Shown here in pieces: positions 1-8,414 of a stretch of 24,905 bases of DNA. A model generated the notes under the pieces. That model was given only the letters and a program-made list of their open reading frames with translations. It had not been told where the DNA came from and searched no databases. Numbering within the stretch: the stretch's first letter is position 1; the number at the start of each line of letters is the position of its first letter. The translations under genes and the position numbers were made by a program. The stretch comes from an uncultured Candidatus Saccharibacteria bacterium. Its GTDB lineage: Bacteria > Patescibacteriota > Saccharimonadia > Saccharimonadales > JAGQNJ01. The stretch is taken from the NCBI GenBank assembly GCA_964421475.1, contig CAYQXB010000001.1, positions 1-24,905 on the forward strand. The letters are read 5' to 3'.

Positions 1-1
1 G

Positions 2-568
2 GTGCAATGGTTGCGGGGCGACAGCGTTCTGGCTTTGGTTACCGACCCAACGACGTTTACTTATAATTGGGATACTACAACTGCTGCTAACGGTAGCCAT
101 ACACTAACGGTACGAATTGAAGATGACCTGGGCAATGTCGCGACCGACAGCGTAACGGTTACGGTGCAGAATGCTACGCTGCCACCACCTCCAGACCCGG
201 ATCCAGAGCCAGACCCACAACAAGATTCCCCATCAAAGCCTGCGCGTCTTAAACAAGATTCTTTGCCAAATATCTTGAAGCACACGACGACGCAAACGCA
301 GACCGTAACAAGTACTACCATCAGTAGTACGACAACCAGTGGTTTGCAGCCAGCCACGCTGATTCCAGATCCTGAACCAGCACCAACACCAGCAGAATCT
401 GAAGATAATGCCGCATCAAACCAATTCCAGGATCAACCTGAACTTAGTACAGCTGCGGTGCTAACGAACAGCAGTAATCGTCCCATGTTGCTGATCGTTA
501 GTTGTATGACTATTGTTGGTATTGGCGGTGGTTTCGCTTTTAAGAAATTTTTGGGCCGCACAAAATAA
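2..568 (+). CDS. C-terminal part of a surface protein: bacterial Ig-like domain, Pro/Thr-rich stalk, C-terminal membrane anchor (5'-truncated by the window edge)
   Basis: YNWDTTTAANGSHTLTVRIEDDLGNVATDSVTVTV is a typical bacterial Ig-like (Big) repeat. It is followed by PPPPDPDPEPDP, a Thr/Ser run, a hydrophobic helix (MLLIVSCMTIVGIGGGFAF) and a basic tail (KKFLGRTK). Confidence 0.75.
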   Translation: MQWLRGDSVLALVTDPTTFTYNWDTTTAANGSHTLTVRIEDDLGNVATDSVTVTVQNATLPPPPDPDPEPDPQQDSPSKPARLKQDSLPNILKHTTTQTQTVTSTTISSTTTSGLQPATLIPDPEPAPTPAESEDNAASNQFQDQPELSTAAVLTNSSNRPMLLIVSCMTIVGIGGGFAFKKFLGRTK

Positions 569-633
569 CCGCTACTTGTCGATACGCCCGAAAAACTCGT
601 CAAAACAAAAAATAAAAAGTTCTACTAGTTGCT

Positions 634-2421
634 TTAAACGTTTTTCCAGGTATCTGCTTTAAATATTTTGTGTGCAAATAGAGAGTCACTTTTACTGCCA
701 AGTTTTGTGTACCCCTGCTGCGCATGAACGCTTGGCAAATACTTCTGTTTGTTCGCAAGGAGCGCTGGATTAAAAACGTGCAGTTCATCACAGGTGATAT
801 TTTCGCCATAAACTAAAAAGCCAACAGAATCGCTGAGTATGCTTCGTACTTCTGCTGCCGTTTCTGCCGCAACGAGTTTGTTATGCTCATACATTTGAAC
901 AAGACCGATCGACACGTCACTTGGTTGGCTGTGTATGAACTGCAAAATTGTGGGCAGCGAACGGCTTCCTTCGCGAAAATCTGCAGCAATGACGATAGCT
1001 AACCTTTGCGGATTATTTTTCGTTTTGTCATATTTGGGCTGGAGTGGCAGGGGAATAACAAACGGTCGCGTTTCCATGATCGCAGGATATTTAAGCAACG
1101 CAGTATGTTCATGATAGTATTTTTGCGCCTCATAATATTCTTTGCGAATGCCGGCAAAAAATCCATGATAGCCAAAATGCGCATTTCCAGTGAGCGAGGT
1201 GCTGTCTTGTCGCAAAATCGAAAACACCGTATTTTCGAGCACAGGAATTTGTTCGTGCCCAAAAGCTTGCCATAGTCGCTCCAAAAATTCTGAATCTGCT
1301 CCGAAACGAATGCTGTCCCAAAAACCAATCTTTTCGACTGCTTCTTTTTTTCGGAACATGAGCGATGAAATGCAAGGCTGAATGTAGAAACCAGGATTTC
1401 CCCGGCGATAAAATTGCATTGTCTCGAACGCACGGGTGCACTGCGAAATATTGCCAATCCGGTTGGGGTGCTCTAAAAGATCGGTAACTTGTCGCTCTAT
1501 TTTTTCGGGATGCGACCAATCATCCGCATCAGCGCAGGTTACAAATTGTCCTTTCGCTGCCTGCAGTCCGGCGTTTCGGGCTGGAAACGTTCCGCTATTT
1601 TGCTCTATCTGAATAATTCGGATTCGTGAATCTTTTTGTTGAAACTTTTTAATAAGCGACAACGTTTGGTCTGTGCTCGCATCATCAACAACGATAATTT
1701 CAAGATTTTGCCACGTCTGCTGGGTGATTGCTTGCAGAGCTGTTTGCATAGTTTTTGCAGCATTACATACCGGTATGATCACCGACACCAGGGGCTGACC
1801 TTTTTTTGTTCGAGCCGAAACATTTTGAACAGCGAGTGAATCATACGGAGCACTATTGCCGGTAATGATCACCGGTTCAAGATTTTGCATAGCGAACATG
1901 GTGTTCAGCCACATTAATTTTTTGGAAATTTTTGTTTCGGTATTGGCCAGCGCAAGATATAGATCAGGAGTTTTGGAGCCTCCGTTCAAGTAACGTTCGA
2001 CCGATTGTTTTGCAGCCGATGCTTTGCCGAGCCGCACAAGCGATTCGGTTTGCAGCACGAGTGCGTGTTCGATTCGCGCAGAATCTTGCTCATAATAAAA
2101 CACCGTCTGTAAAAAATTGAGGCAAAGTTGCGCGTCTGTGTTGGTGCACTTGTCGGCGTGCCAAACGGCCAGCTCAAACGCGGCGAGTGATTTTTCAAAC
2201 CAGTGTTTTGGATACGTGTATGCACGCGTCAAATCCTGATAAGCCGTTTCTTCAAGCCCAAGATTATAAAGTTGCCGTCGAATGCGATTGATGGAATCGT
2301 GTGTTTTTTGCTTTTCTGTCTCGCTAATTTTTGGTCGAATCCGGCTGACATGCTGTCGCAGCCGACGGCGCAAACCATATCGACGCGAAGGATGTAATAA
2401 AATATCTGATGGAATCTTCAT
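634..2421 (-). CDS. Glycosyltransferase family 2 with N-terminal helical/TPR-like region
   Basis: GT-A motifs LVSVIIPVCNA...LEIIVVDDASTD, RNAGL and TCADADD (DxD). Its start overlaps the upstream gene's stop (ATGA, 2418-2421). Confidence 0.9.
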   Translation of the reverse strand: MKIPSDILLHPSRRYGLRRRLRQHVSRIRPKISETEKQKTHDSINRIRRQLYNLGLEETAYQDLTRAYTYPKHWFEKSLAAFELAVWHADKCTNTDAQLCLNFLQTVFYYEQDSARIEHALVLQTESLVRLGKASAAKQSVERYLNGGSKTPDLYLALANTETKISKKLMWLNTMFAMQNLEPVIITGNSAPYDSLAVQNVSARTKKGQPLVSVIIPVCNAAKTMQTALQAITQQTWQNLEIIVVDDASTDQTLSLIKKFQQKDSRIRIIQIEQNSGTFPARNAGLQAAKGQFVTCADADDWSHPEKIERQVTDLLEHPNRIGNISQCTRAFETMQFYRRGNPGFYIQPCISSLMFRKKEAVEKIGFWDSIRFGADSEFLERLWQAFGHEQIPVLENTVFSILRQDSTSLTGNAHFGYHGFFAGIRKEYYEAQKYYHEHTALLKYPAIMETRPFVIPLPLQPKYDKTKNNPQRLAIVIAADFREGSRSLPTILQFIHSQPSDVSIGLVQMYEHNKLVAAETAAEVRSILSDSVGFLVYGENITCDELHVFNPALLANKQKYLPSVHAQQGYTKLGSKSDSLFAHKIFKADTWKNV

Positions 2422-3524
2422 AATTGTTTGGTGATTGCCTTGCGTATCTTGCTGCGTACTTTCCGCAGTGGTGCGGTGATTTTCCAGGATGTACTCCCCA
2501 GCAAAGCAGTGTAATGCTGCATGTTGTTTTCTGTCTGCGCGTGCCTGTCAGCGAGTTCGCGTGATTTTGCTTGCTCGATCTGGAGTCGTTGCTGAGTGAT
2601 AGTTTGCAACGTTAGCTGAATTTTACGTTGCTCGTCCAAACGTGACGTACTATATTTTGGCGGATCAGACGCAAGAAAATCCGCAACTTGTTTTTTGAGA
2701 CGGCGTTTTAATTTTTTGTAATGCGTAGGATTTTGCGGTGGCGAGTTGATGTCATACTCAATCTCACCATGCAAAATCGCCGATTTGCTGGCGTGAAATC
2801 CTAGTTCCTGCAAGCCGGTAAATCGATAGGTATCATGAGCTGACGGTATAAAAAGTACGGGAGTGCCGAATGCCAAACAGGGCAAAAAACAATGAAGTCT
2901 TGATGTTACGACGCACTGCGCAGTTTGATACGCATGCAGCAGATTTTCTGCTTTTTTGCGCCGTACTCGCGCAGTCGCCGGTATATCAATATAGTGAGTG
3001 AGGCGCCGGGCTTTTTTATTTATCGCCAAAAAATGATCCGTAAGTTCATCATCGAGGTCGACGAGGTATATAGTATTTGTTCGTTTGAGTTTTGGATCAC
3101 GCTCAAGCGTAAGCGTAAGACAACCCGAAAAACTGGCAGCGATACCGCTCGCTTTGATTGCTGCTGCTGTACTTTTGTCGCGTGCACCAATTGGGGCGTA
3201 AGGTTTCAGATATTCTTTGATACCGGGCGCAAGAATTTGTTCCCGTGCACTCAATCCATAACCGGATTTTGACACATGTTCGGTGAGGTGAAACGAAGTA
3301 ATGAGTGGGTGTAAATATGGCGATGGCGGCCAGTTAAAAGGTTTTTCCATGAACCATCCATTCAAAATAATGTGATGTATTTTTTTGTCTACTGGATCAA
3401 ATGTGTGCAGCGCCTCCCGATCAACATATGCGTCAACCTTACCCAGCAATCGTTCTGCTGCGCAATTTTGAATCTCGTCGCCAATATTGATACTGTCGTT
3501 GTAGGCAAGCAGCGCCGTTTTCAT
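2418..3524 (-). CDS. Polysaccharide pyruvyl transferase family protein with C-terminal coiled-coil tail
   Basis: Family motifs NIGDEIQ, IGARD and VVTSRLHCFLPCLAFGTP. An AAGGA Shine-Dalgarno-like sequence lies upstream. Confidence 0.85.
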   Translation of the reverse strand: MKTALLAYNDSINIGDEIQNCAAERLLGKVDAYVDREALHTFDPVDKKIHHIILNGWFMEKPFNWPPSPYLHPLITSFHLTEHVSKSGYGLSAREQILAPGIKEYLKPYAPIGARDKSTAAAIKASGIAASFSGCLTLTLERDPKLKRTNTIYLVDLDDELTDHFLAINKKARRLTHYIDIPATARVRRKKAENLLHAYQTAQCVVTSRLHCFLPCLAFGTPVLFIPSAHDTYRFTGLQELGFHASKSAILHGEIEYDINSPPQNPTHYKKLKRRLKKQVADFLASDPPKYSTSRLDEQRKIQLTLQTITQQRLQIEQAKSRELADRHAQTENNMQHYTALLGSTSWKITAPLRKVRSKIRKAITKQL

Positions 3525-3584
3525 GCATGGTTCCTTTTGTGTGTTAGTTCATGCGGGGATTGATAAATTTTACCGAACTTTTGT

Positions 3585-3593
3585 ATTATAGCA
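3585..3593 (-). promoter_or_regulatory. Extended -10 promoter for the pyruvyltransferase-GT2 operon
   Basis: TGcTATAAT on the minus strand, about 60 nt upstream of the start codon at 3524. Confidence 0.6.
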
Positions 3594-3635
3594 GGGCGCA
3601 AAAATCTGTTTTGGTACATGATACAGTATATGCAT

Positions 3636-5522
3636 ATGGAAAATGGAGCAGCAAAATCAACCTCAAAGCGCTGGATGTATGAGGTTGGTGATGACATTGA
3701 ACTTGCTTTTAAAAAACCTGCGCTCAGCAAAAAGGATATGGCGCCCTTTGTTGTTAATGTACTGCAAAAAAGAGGACACAAAAAAGTATCAATCTCGGTT
3801 GTGATCGTTGCGTATTCTGAATCAGAATCTTTACTACGCATGCTGACTAATCTGCAGCGTCAGGTGAAGGACGGGCATGAAATAATTGTTGTCGATAACG
3901 GCTTGCCCGCAAAAACAGTACAACAGATTAAAAAACAAACCAGTAATTACATTCGGCTCAAAGAAAATTATGGGCCAAGTCTTGCTCGCAATATTGGGGC
4001 TGTGTATGCCCGTGGTGATATCGTTGCGTTCTTGGATGCTGATGGCGAAGTTTTGCCGGACTACGTTGACCAGATCCACAATGCATGGAGCGACCAAACA
4101 ATTGTTGCAGTCCGAGGCCGAGTGAAGGTGCAAACCCCACACAGCTACGCGCCGTCTTTTTACGATTTGGGATCAAGGCCGACGCCGTATTATATAAATC
4201 TTGAAGGCATCTCGGCGTTGCGACGAAAAGATTTTGTACGCGCTGGTGGTTTTGAAGCCAGCCTTTACGGAGTGGAAGGCGCCGTACTTTGTTACAGAAT
4301 GATTGAATTTTATGGCTACAAACCAGAACAATTTTATTACCAGCCAAACCTTGTGTTACTTCACGATTACGATAAAGGTCGCGAAGCGTTTGAGCAAAAA
4401 GCAATTCGCACCGAAGAGGTTTCTTTAAAAATAAGGCGACGCTATCCGTTCATTGGTACGATGATCGAAAACTACAAGCAAAATATTGAGCCGCAATTAC
4501 ACTCGGAGGCTCACATGTATGATAAAAAGCAAGGTCGTATTATGCGTGAAGCTGCACAGCGTGAAGCAGAATATTTTCGCGCTCATCATAAGCAAAAAAC
4601 GTTAATGGGGGGGGGCAGGATAAATTCTCCTAAGTTCTCGGTCGTAATTCCGTTTTATAATGCTGGCGTCACAATTGAGCAAACAGTTAGCTCAATACTG
4701 AGTCAATCATTGCAAGACATCGAGATCATTATTGTTGATGATGTCAGCGATGACCCAAACTCAATCAATAAGCTGAATCAACTCACCGCGTCCGTGACTG
4801 TTATTCGTAATTCAAAAAATGTTGGCTGCGGTCAGTCGCGCAACCGCGGCATAAGACAAGCACGTGCTCCATATATTCTTTGTCTGGACTCGGATGATTT
4901 TATTGAGCCGACGTATCTTGAAAAAGCGTATAACGCGTTTGAGGCCGACGCGACCGTGGGTGGCGTTAGTTCGTGGGCTCAAAACTTTGGAATGAAATCC
5001 GGCGTTTGGAAACCAAAAGATAATCCAGGTATTGAAGATGCACTGGTTGATTCGCCGATACCAGGAACATCATGTTTTCGTAAAAAAGTTTGGAAAGATA
5101 ATGGCGGCTATCGGGGTCGCGGTCATTTTGAGGATTGGGAATTCTGGCTCGGCGCGCTGACACATGGTTGGCGAATCCGGGTTATTCCGGCTGCTGAATT
5201 TCATTACCGTGTTTCGACAACACAAATGACTCGTCGTACTCACAAAAAAGCAGCGCAGCTTATGACAAACCTACTAACAAATTTTCCGACAGCGTACGAC
5301 GAGCAATATAAAGATGTTATTGCTAAAAAGCATCAAAAAATATTTGATTTGCGAATGCGAAATAATGACTTGGAATACGAAGTCCAAAAGCTTCACTCGG
5401 CGAATCAAGAATTACAGCACAAAATCGGACTTCGTGCCGCGAGCAAGGGTGTAGTACATCACTATGGGGGTAAGGTCCAGCGAGCATTTCGGCGATTGCG
5501 CTTCGGGAATCATTCACATTGA
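3636..5522 (+). CDS. Tandem two-domain glycosyltransferase family 2 with C-terminal coiled coil (ORF open from 3618; start uncertain)
   Basis: Two GT-A modules: SVVIVAY...IIVVDNG...FLDAD and FSVVIPFYN...IIIVDDVS...CLDSDD. ATG 3636 chosen because TGaTACAGT (3619-3627) lies 8 nt upstream. Confidence 0.85.
   Translation: MENGAAKSTSKRWMYEVGDDIELAFKKPALSKKDMAPFVVNVLQKRGHKKVSISVVIVAYSESESLLRMLTNLQRQVKDGHEIIVVDNGLPAKTVQQIKKQTSNYIRLKENYGPSLARNIGAVYARGDIVAFLDADGEVLPDYVDQIHNAWSDQTIVAVRGRVKVQTPHSYAPSFYDLGSRPTPYYINLEGISALRRKDFVRAGGFEASLYGVEGAVLCYRMIEFYGYKPEQFYYQPNLVLLHDYDKGREAFEQKAIRTEEVSLKIRRRYPFIGTMIENYKQNIEPQLHSEAHMYDKKQGRIMREAAQREAEYFRAHHKQKTLMGGGRINSPKFSVVIPFYNAGVTIEQTVSSILSQSLQDIEIIIVDDVSDDPNSINKLNQLTASVTVIRNSKNVGCGQSRNRGIRQARAPYILCLDSDDFIEPTYLEKAYNAFEADATVGGVSSWAQNFGMKSGVWKPKDNPGIEDALVDSPIPGTSCFRKKVWKDNGGYRGRGHFEDWEFWLGALTHGWRIRVIPAAEFHYRVSTTQMTRRTHKKAAQLMTNLLTNFPTAYDEQYKDVIAKKHQKIFDLRMRNNDLEYEVQKLHSANQELQHKIGLRAASKGVVHHYGGKVQRAFRRLRFGNHSH
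4607..4615 (+). repeat. G9 homopolymer in the linker between the two GT2 domains
   Basis: Sequence atGGGGGGGGGcagg, read directly. Confidence 0.9.
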
Positions 5523-5549
5523 GCGTTGAGTTTACGGGATATTTTAAAC

Positions 5550-6371
5550 TTAGCGGGAGTTCTCGGGTTTGTCGGCGCGCATTTGGTGATCGGCTTCTCT
5601 GAGGATTTCCTCGCTGTTGCCGCCCGTCCATACAGCACTTCCTATCGCGGCACCAAAATTAGCAAATCGTTCGTCTTCAGTTGTAATTTCAGCTGCAATT
5701 TCGCGAATACGATTCTCGACTACTTGCATGCGCCGTCGTGGAGACATTGTGACACCATCCTCTTCACGAGGTTTAAGATTAATAATTGCAATAAATTCAT
5801 CACCGCCATGGCGCGCGGCATCAGTGTCATCAATCGCGTTGTTGTCGTCGGTGCTGTTTTCTTCTCGTTCAAGTTGCATGACTTCATCGCCAGGCTTGCT
5901 ATTACTGTGTCTCAGCGTAGCATCAAGTTTAGCTGCAAATTTGATAAGCAATTCATCGCCAACATCATGACCAAGCGTGTCATTGATTTTTTTAAATCCA
6001 TTGAGGTCAATATATAAGATGCCGAAATCGCGTTCATTTGCGCTTTCCATCATTTTTTCGATTTTTGTCTTGATTCCTTGCAGGTTTAATAATCCAGTTA
6101 AGTTGTCGTGACTTTCTGCGATATGGAGTCTTCTTTCGTGCTCGCTTTGTATCGCTGATTCTTTCTGTTTTTGGCGGACGAAGTCGCCTTGTGTCATAAG
6201 CTTGGCCTGATCGTTGAGGCCCAGCGGATTCTCGCCCTGCTCGGGCATGTCGTCACTGTAGAGCATTTTGTGCGCAACTTCTTCTCCGTGGTGCACAACA
6301 ACATCAAGATTATGCTGAGCGTTTGGATTGTCTGGAGATTCGGGTGGTCGTGGTAAAAGTTGGTCGGTCAT
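5550..6371 (-). CDS. GGDEF-domain protein (putative diguanylate cyclase)
   Basis: HDNLTGLLN, IDLNGFKKINDTLGHDVGDELL and ARHGGDEF motifs are intact. The N-terminus is a short helical segment with no recognisable sensor or transmembrane helix. Confidence 0.9.
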   Translation of the reverse strand: MTDQLLPRPPESPDNPNAQHNLDVVVHHGEEVAHKMLYSDDMPEQGENPLGLNDQAKLMTQGDFVRQKQKESAIQSEHERRLHIAESHDNLTGLLNLQGIKTKIEKMMESANERDFGILYIDLNGFKKINDTLGHDVGDELLIKFAAKLDATLRHSNSKPGDEVMQLEREENSTDDNNAIDDTDAARHGGDEFIAIINLKPREEDGVTMSPRRRMQVVENRIREIAAEITTEDERFANFGAAIGSAVWTGGNSEEILREADHQMRADKPENSR

Positions 6372-6423
6372 TTTTTATTGTTCGTTTTAATTTTTGCTTG
6401 ATTTAACTATAATCAATCATACC

Positions 6424-6531
6424 ATGAAAACGCTTAATCAAGATGGTTTGATCCCGATGTTGTTATTCTTTTTGGTGCTTATTATTGGCATGATAGTTTT
6501 AGCTTACATGCGAGTTTCGAACGCAGGTTAG
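6424..6531 (+). CDS. 35-aa small membrane protein with a type IV prepilin-like N-terminus (absent from the ORF track)
   Basis: Translated by hand: MKTLNQDGLIPMLLFFLVLIIGMIVLAYMRVSNAG*. TATAAT at 6408-6413 lies just upstream. Confidence 0.65.
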   Translation: MKTLNQDGLIPMLLFFLVLIIGMIVLAYMRVSNAG

Positions 6532-6544
6532 CCTTTGAATCTTT

Positions 6545-7786
6545 TCAATATGTCTCAGCAGTGAGCGCGGTGACATTTTGCGTAATAAAGTTGAGGTCTT
6601 TGTGGAGTTGTTTGGTGTTTTTGTGATGTAAAACAATGATGGCGCACATTTTGAAACCGTCTGACGATTTACCGACACGCTTGCCAAGCGGCTGCTTTAC
6701 CGCAAGCGACACAAATGAAGGGAGCTGTTTTAGCGCTGCTTCGTTCGAGATTCCAGTAAAAATCCCTGCTGTTTTTGGGAATAGTTCCAACGCAGCGCAG
6801 GATTCGTGTTTTTTGGCCTCGACGCTTGGCATTTGGCCTTGCACAGTGCGCAGGAGATTCCCCAACATATCAATGTCGTTGGCGAGCCGGTACATGCGTT
6901 CGCGGTAGCCACCGTTGCGGGCGCCAATTTCGACAATGTGCGGACCGTTTTTAGTGCGAATCATTTCAATGTGGGCCGGCGAATTTTTCATGCCAAGCGC
7001 ATTGCAGCCGGCTGCGGCAACTTCGCGCAGCTCGGCGACTTCGATCTGAGACAATGTTGATGGGATGACGCGGCTGTAGTGAAAATTATCGTCAAAACCA
7101 ATGTCAAATCCGGTTTGGTAGTCAACGACAGATTCGAGTACATACGGCACGCCGTTGCTGTCCACAAAGGCATCAACTGAATACACTGGGCCTTCCATGA
7201 ATTCTTCAATAATAAATTCCGGTTGGGCATTCGGGGCGTATTGCTCGTAGATTCGCGGCGCAGTTTGCATCGTTTTTTCATACACTGCCCTCAACGTTGC
7301 TTGATCGTGAACTTTGGAAATTAGCAGACTTTTTACCAGATTAGTCGGCTTAATAATAAGTGGAAATTCGTGATTACTGGCAAAATCGAGCGCTTCATCC
7401 AGTGATTCAATCTTTTGGAATGCAGGACTGATTTGCGCTGATGATTTGGCAAAAAGTTCCCGCATCAGCGACTTGTTGGTGCAGGCCTTTGCTGATTCAA
7501 CCGGCATGTGCGGCAAACCCAAAGCTGCAGCAACGCGTGCGGCTAAAACGACATAGTTTTCAAAGTAAACAAGAACACCCACGTACTGGCAATCTTGACG
7601 CTGCACAACGTGCATAATAGATTCAAAATTTGTGACATCAGCATAGATTGTTTGCTTTGATGTCGTCGGCTTTTGATCGGAAGTATCGCGCAAAACAAGG
7701 TATTCAAACCCAGCCGCACTGATATATTCGCGGAGGTTTTTGAGGTTGGGGCCGACGATTAAAAAAGTCTTCTTTTGAGCGCTCAT
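6545..7786 (-). CDS. ATP-grasp enzyme, L-amino acid ligase-like
   Basis: NKSLMR, FPLIIKP, FIIEEFMEGPVYSVD, HIEMI and IVEIGARNGG motifs. The 413-aa length and C-terminal extension fit the LAL/BacD-like group. Confidence 0.8.
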   Translation of the reverse strand: MSAQKKTFLIVGPNLKNLREYISAAGFEYLVLRDTSDQKPTTSKQTIYADVTNFESIMHVVQRQDCQYVGVLVYFENYVVLAARVAAALGLPHMPVESAKACTNKSLMRELFAKSSAQISPAFQKIESLDEALDFASNHEFPLIIKPTNLVKSLLISKVHDQATLRAVYEKTMQTAPRIYEQYAPNAQPEFIIEEFMEGPVYSVDAFVDSNGVPYVLESVVDYQTGFDIGFDDNFHYSRVIPSTLSQIEVAELREVAAAGCNALGMKNSPAHIEMIRTKNGPHIVEIGARNGGYRERMYRLANDIDMLGNLLRTVQGQMPSVEAKKHESCAALELFPKTAGIFTGISNEAALKQLPSFVSLAVKQPLGKRVGKSSDGFKMCAIIVLHHKNTKQLHKDLNFITQNVTALTAETY

Positions 7787-7789
7787 AGA

Positions 7790-7818
7790 TTGACAAATCC
7801 ACTAGTTTATAGTAAAAT
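7790..7818 (+). promoter_or_regulatory. Sigma70-type promoter of the rimB-like/rimK operon
   Basis: TTGACA (7790-7795), 17-bp spacer, TAAAAT (7813-7818). Confidence 0.75.
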
Positions 7819-7910
7819 ACAGCTGAATTGTTTACAGCTCGTGCCGGTGGATAACTGACCACGAAACATAAACGGTCTGATATTATCTAAGTATAGGCGA
7901 GAGACTAGAT

Positions 7911-8414
7911 ATGCCAAAGAAGAAATCACACAAGCACATCATCGGCCGCGCAGAAACCATCGAGTTTAAAGACTTTGATGTTGCTGACGTGCCCGCCAAA
8001 ACTGATACTGGCGCGTTTCACTCGGCAGTGCACGCTGATAGGATTAAGCTCAACGAAAAAACCAAAGTCCTCAGCTTCCGTTTGCTGGGCAGTCACAACG
8101 CTTGCCCGAGCGATGCCGTCGAAACTACCACCGAAGCCTACCGCCGCGTACTAGTTGCCAATTCGTTTGGTCACGAAGAAGTCCGGTTCGAAGTGCCCCT
8201 TCGCGTAAAAATTGGCAGCAAAGTGGTGACGTCGCCGTTCACGCTTGCTGATCGTTCAAAAAAAATCTACCCGGTTCTACTCGGCAGAAAATTACTAAAC
8301 GGCAGATTTATGGTAGACTCCGAACAGACCTCAATTGACCGTCGAGAACTCAAAAAACGTTTTAAGATCAATCTTCCGGAAGACGAAGAGATCGAGGAGC
8401 CGCTACCATCATGA
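7911..8414 (+). CDS. RimK-associated retropepsin-like protease (RimB-like; often annotated 'ATP-dependent zinc protease')
   Basis: IIGRAE, AKTDTGA (aspartic-protease D-T-G), FTLADRS and YPVLLGRKLL motifs. It is coupled to rimK by an ATGA overlap. Confidence 0.85.
   Translation: MPKKKSHKHIIGRAETIEFKDFDVADVPAKTDTGAFHSAVHADRIKLNEKTKVLSFRLLGSHNACPSDAVETTTEAYRRVLVANSFGHEEVRFEVPLRVKIGSKVVTSPFTLADRSKKIYPVLLGRKLLNGRFMVDSEQTSIDRRELKKRFKINLPEDEEIEEPLPS

Noticed and set aside
7819-7910. c-di-GMP riboswitch or DnaA box in the rimK leader
   Set aside because: The c-di-GMP-I consensus elements (GGCAAA/GAAA tetraloop-receptor) are not visible. GGTGGATAA is a single 8/9 DnaA-box match, not a cluster.
6424-8414. 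Graspetide (microviridin-type) RiPP cluster using the 35-aa ORF as precursor
   Set aside because: The peptide is a hydrophobic helix without the Thr/Ser/Lys plus Asp/Glu core motifs or a PFF leader. The ATP-grasp enzymes match the RimK and LAL groups instead.
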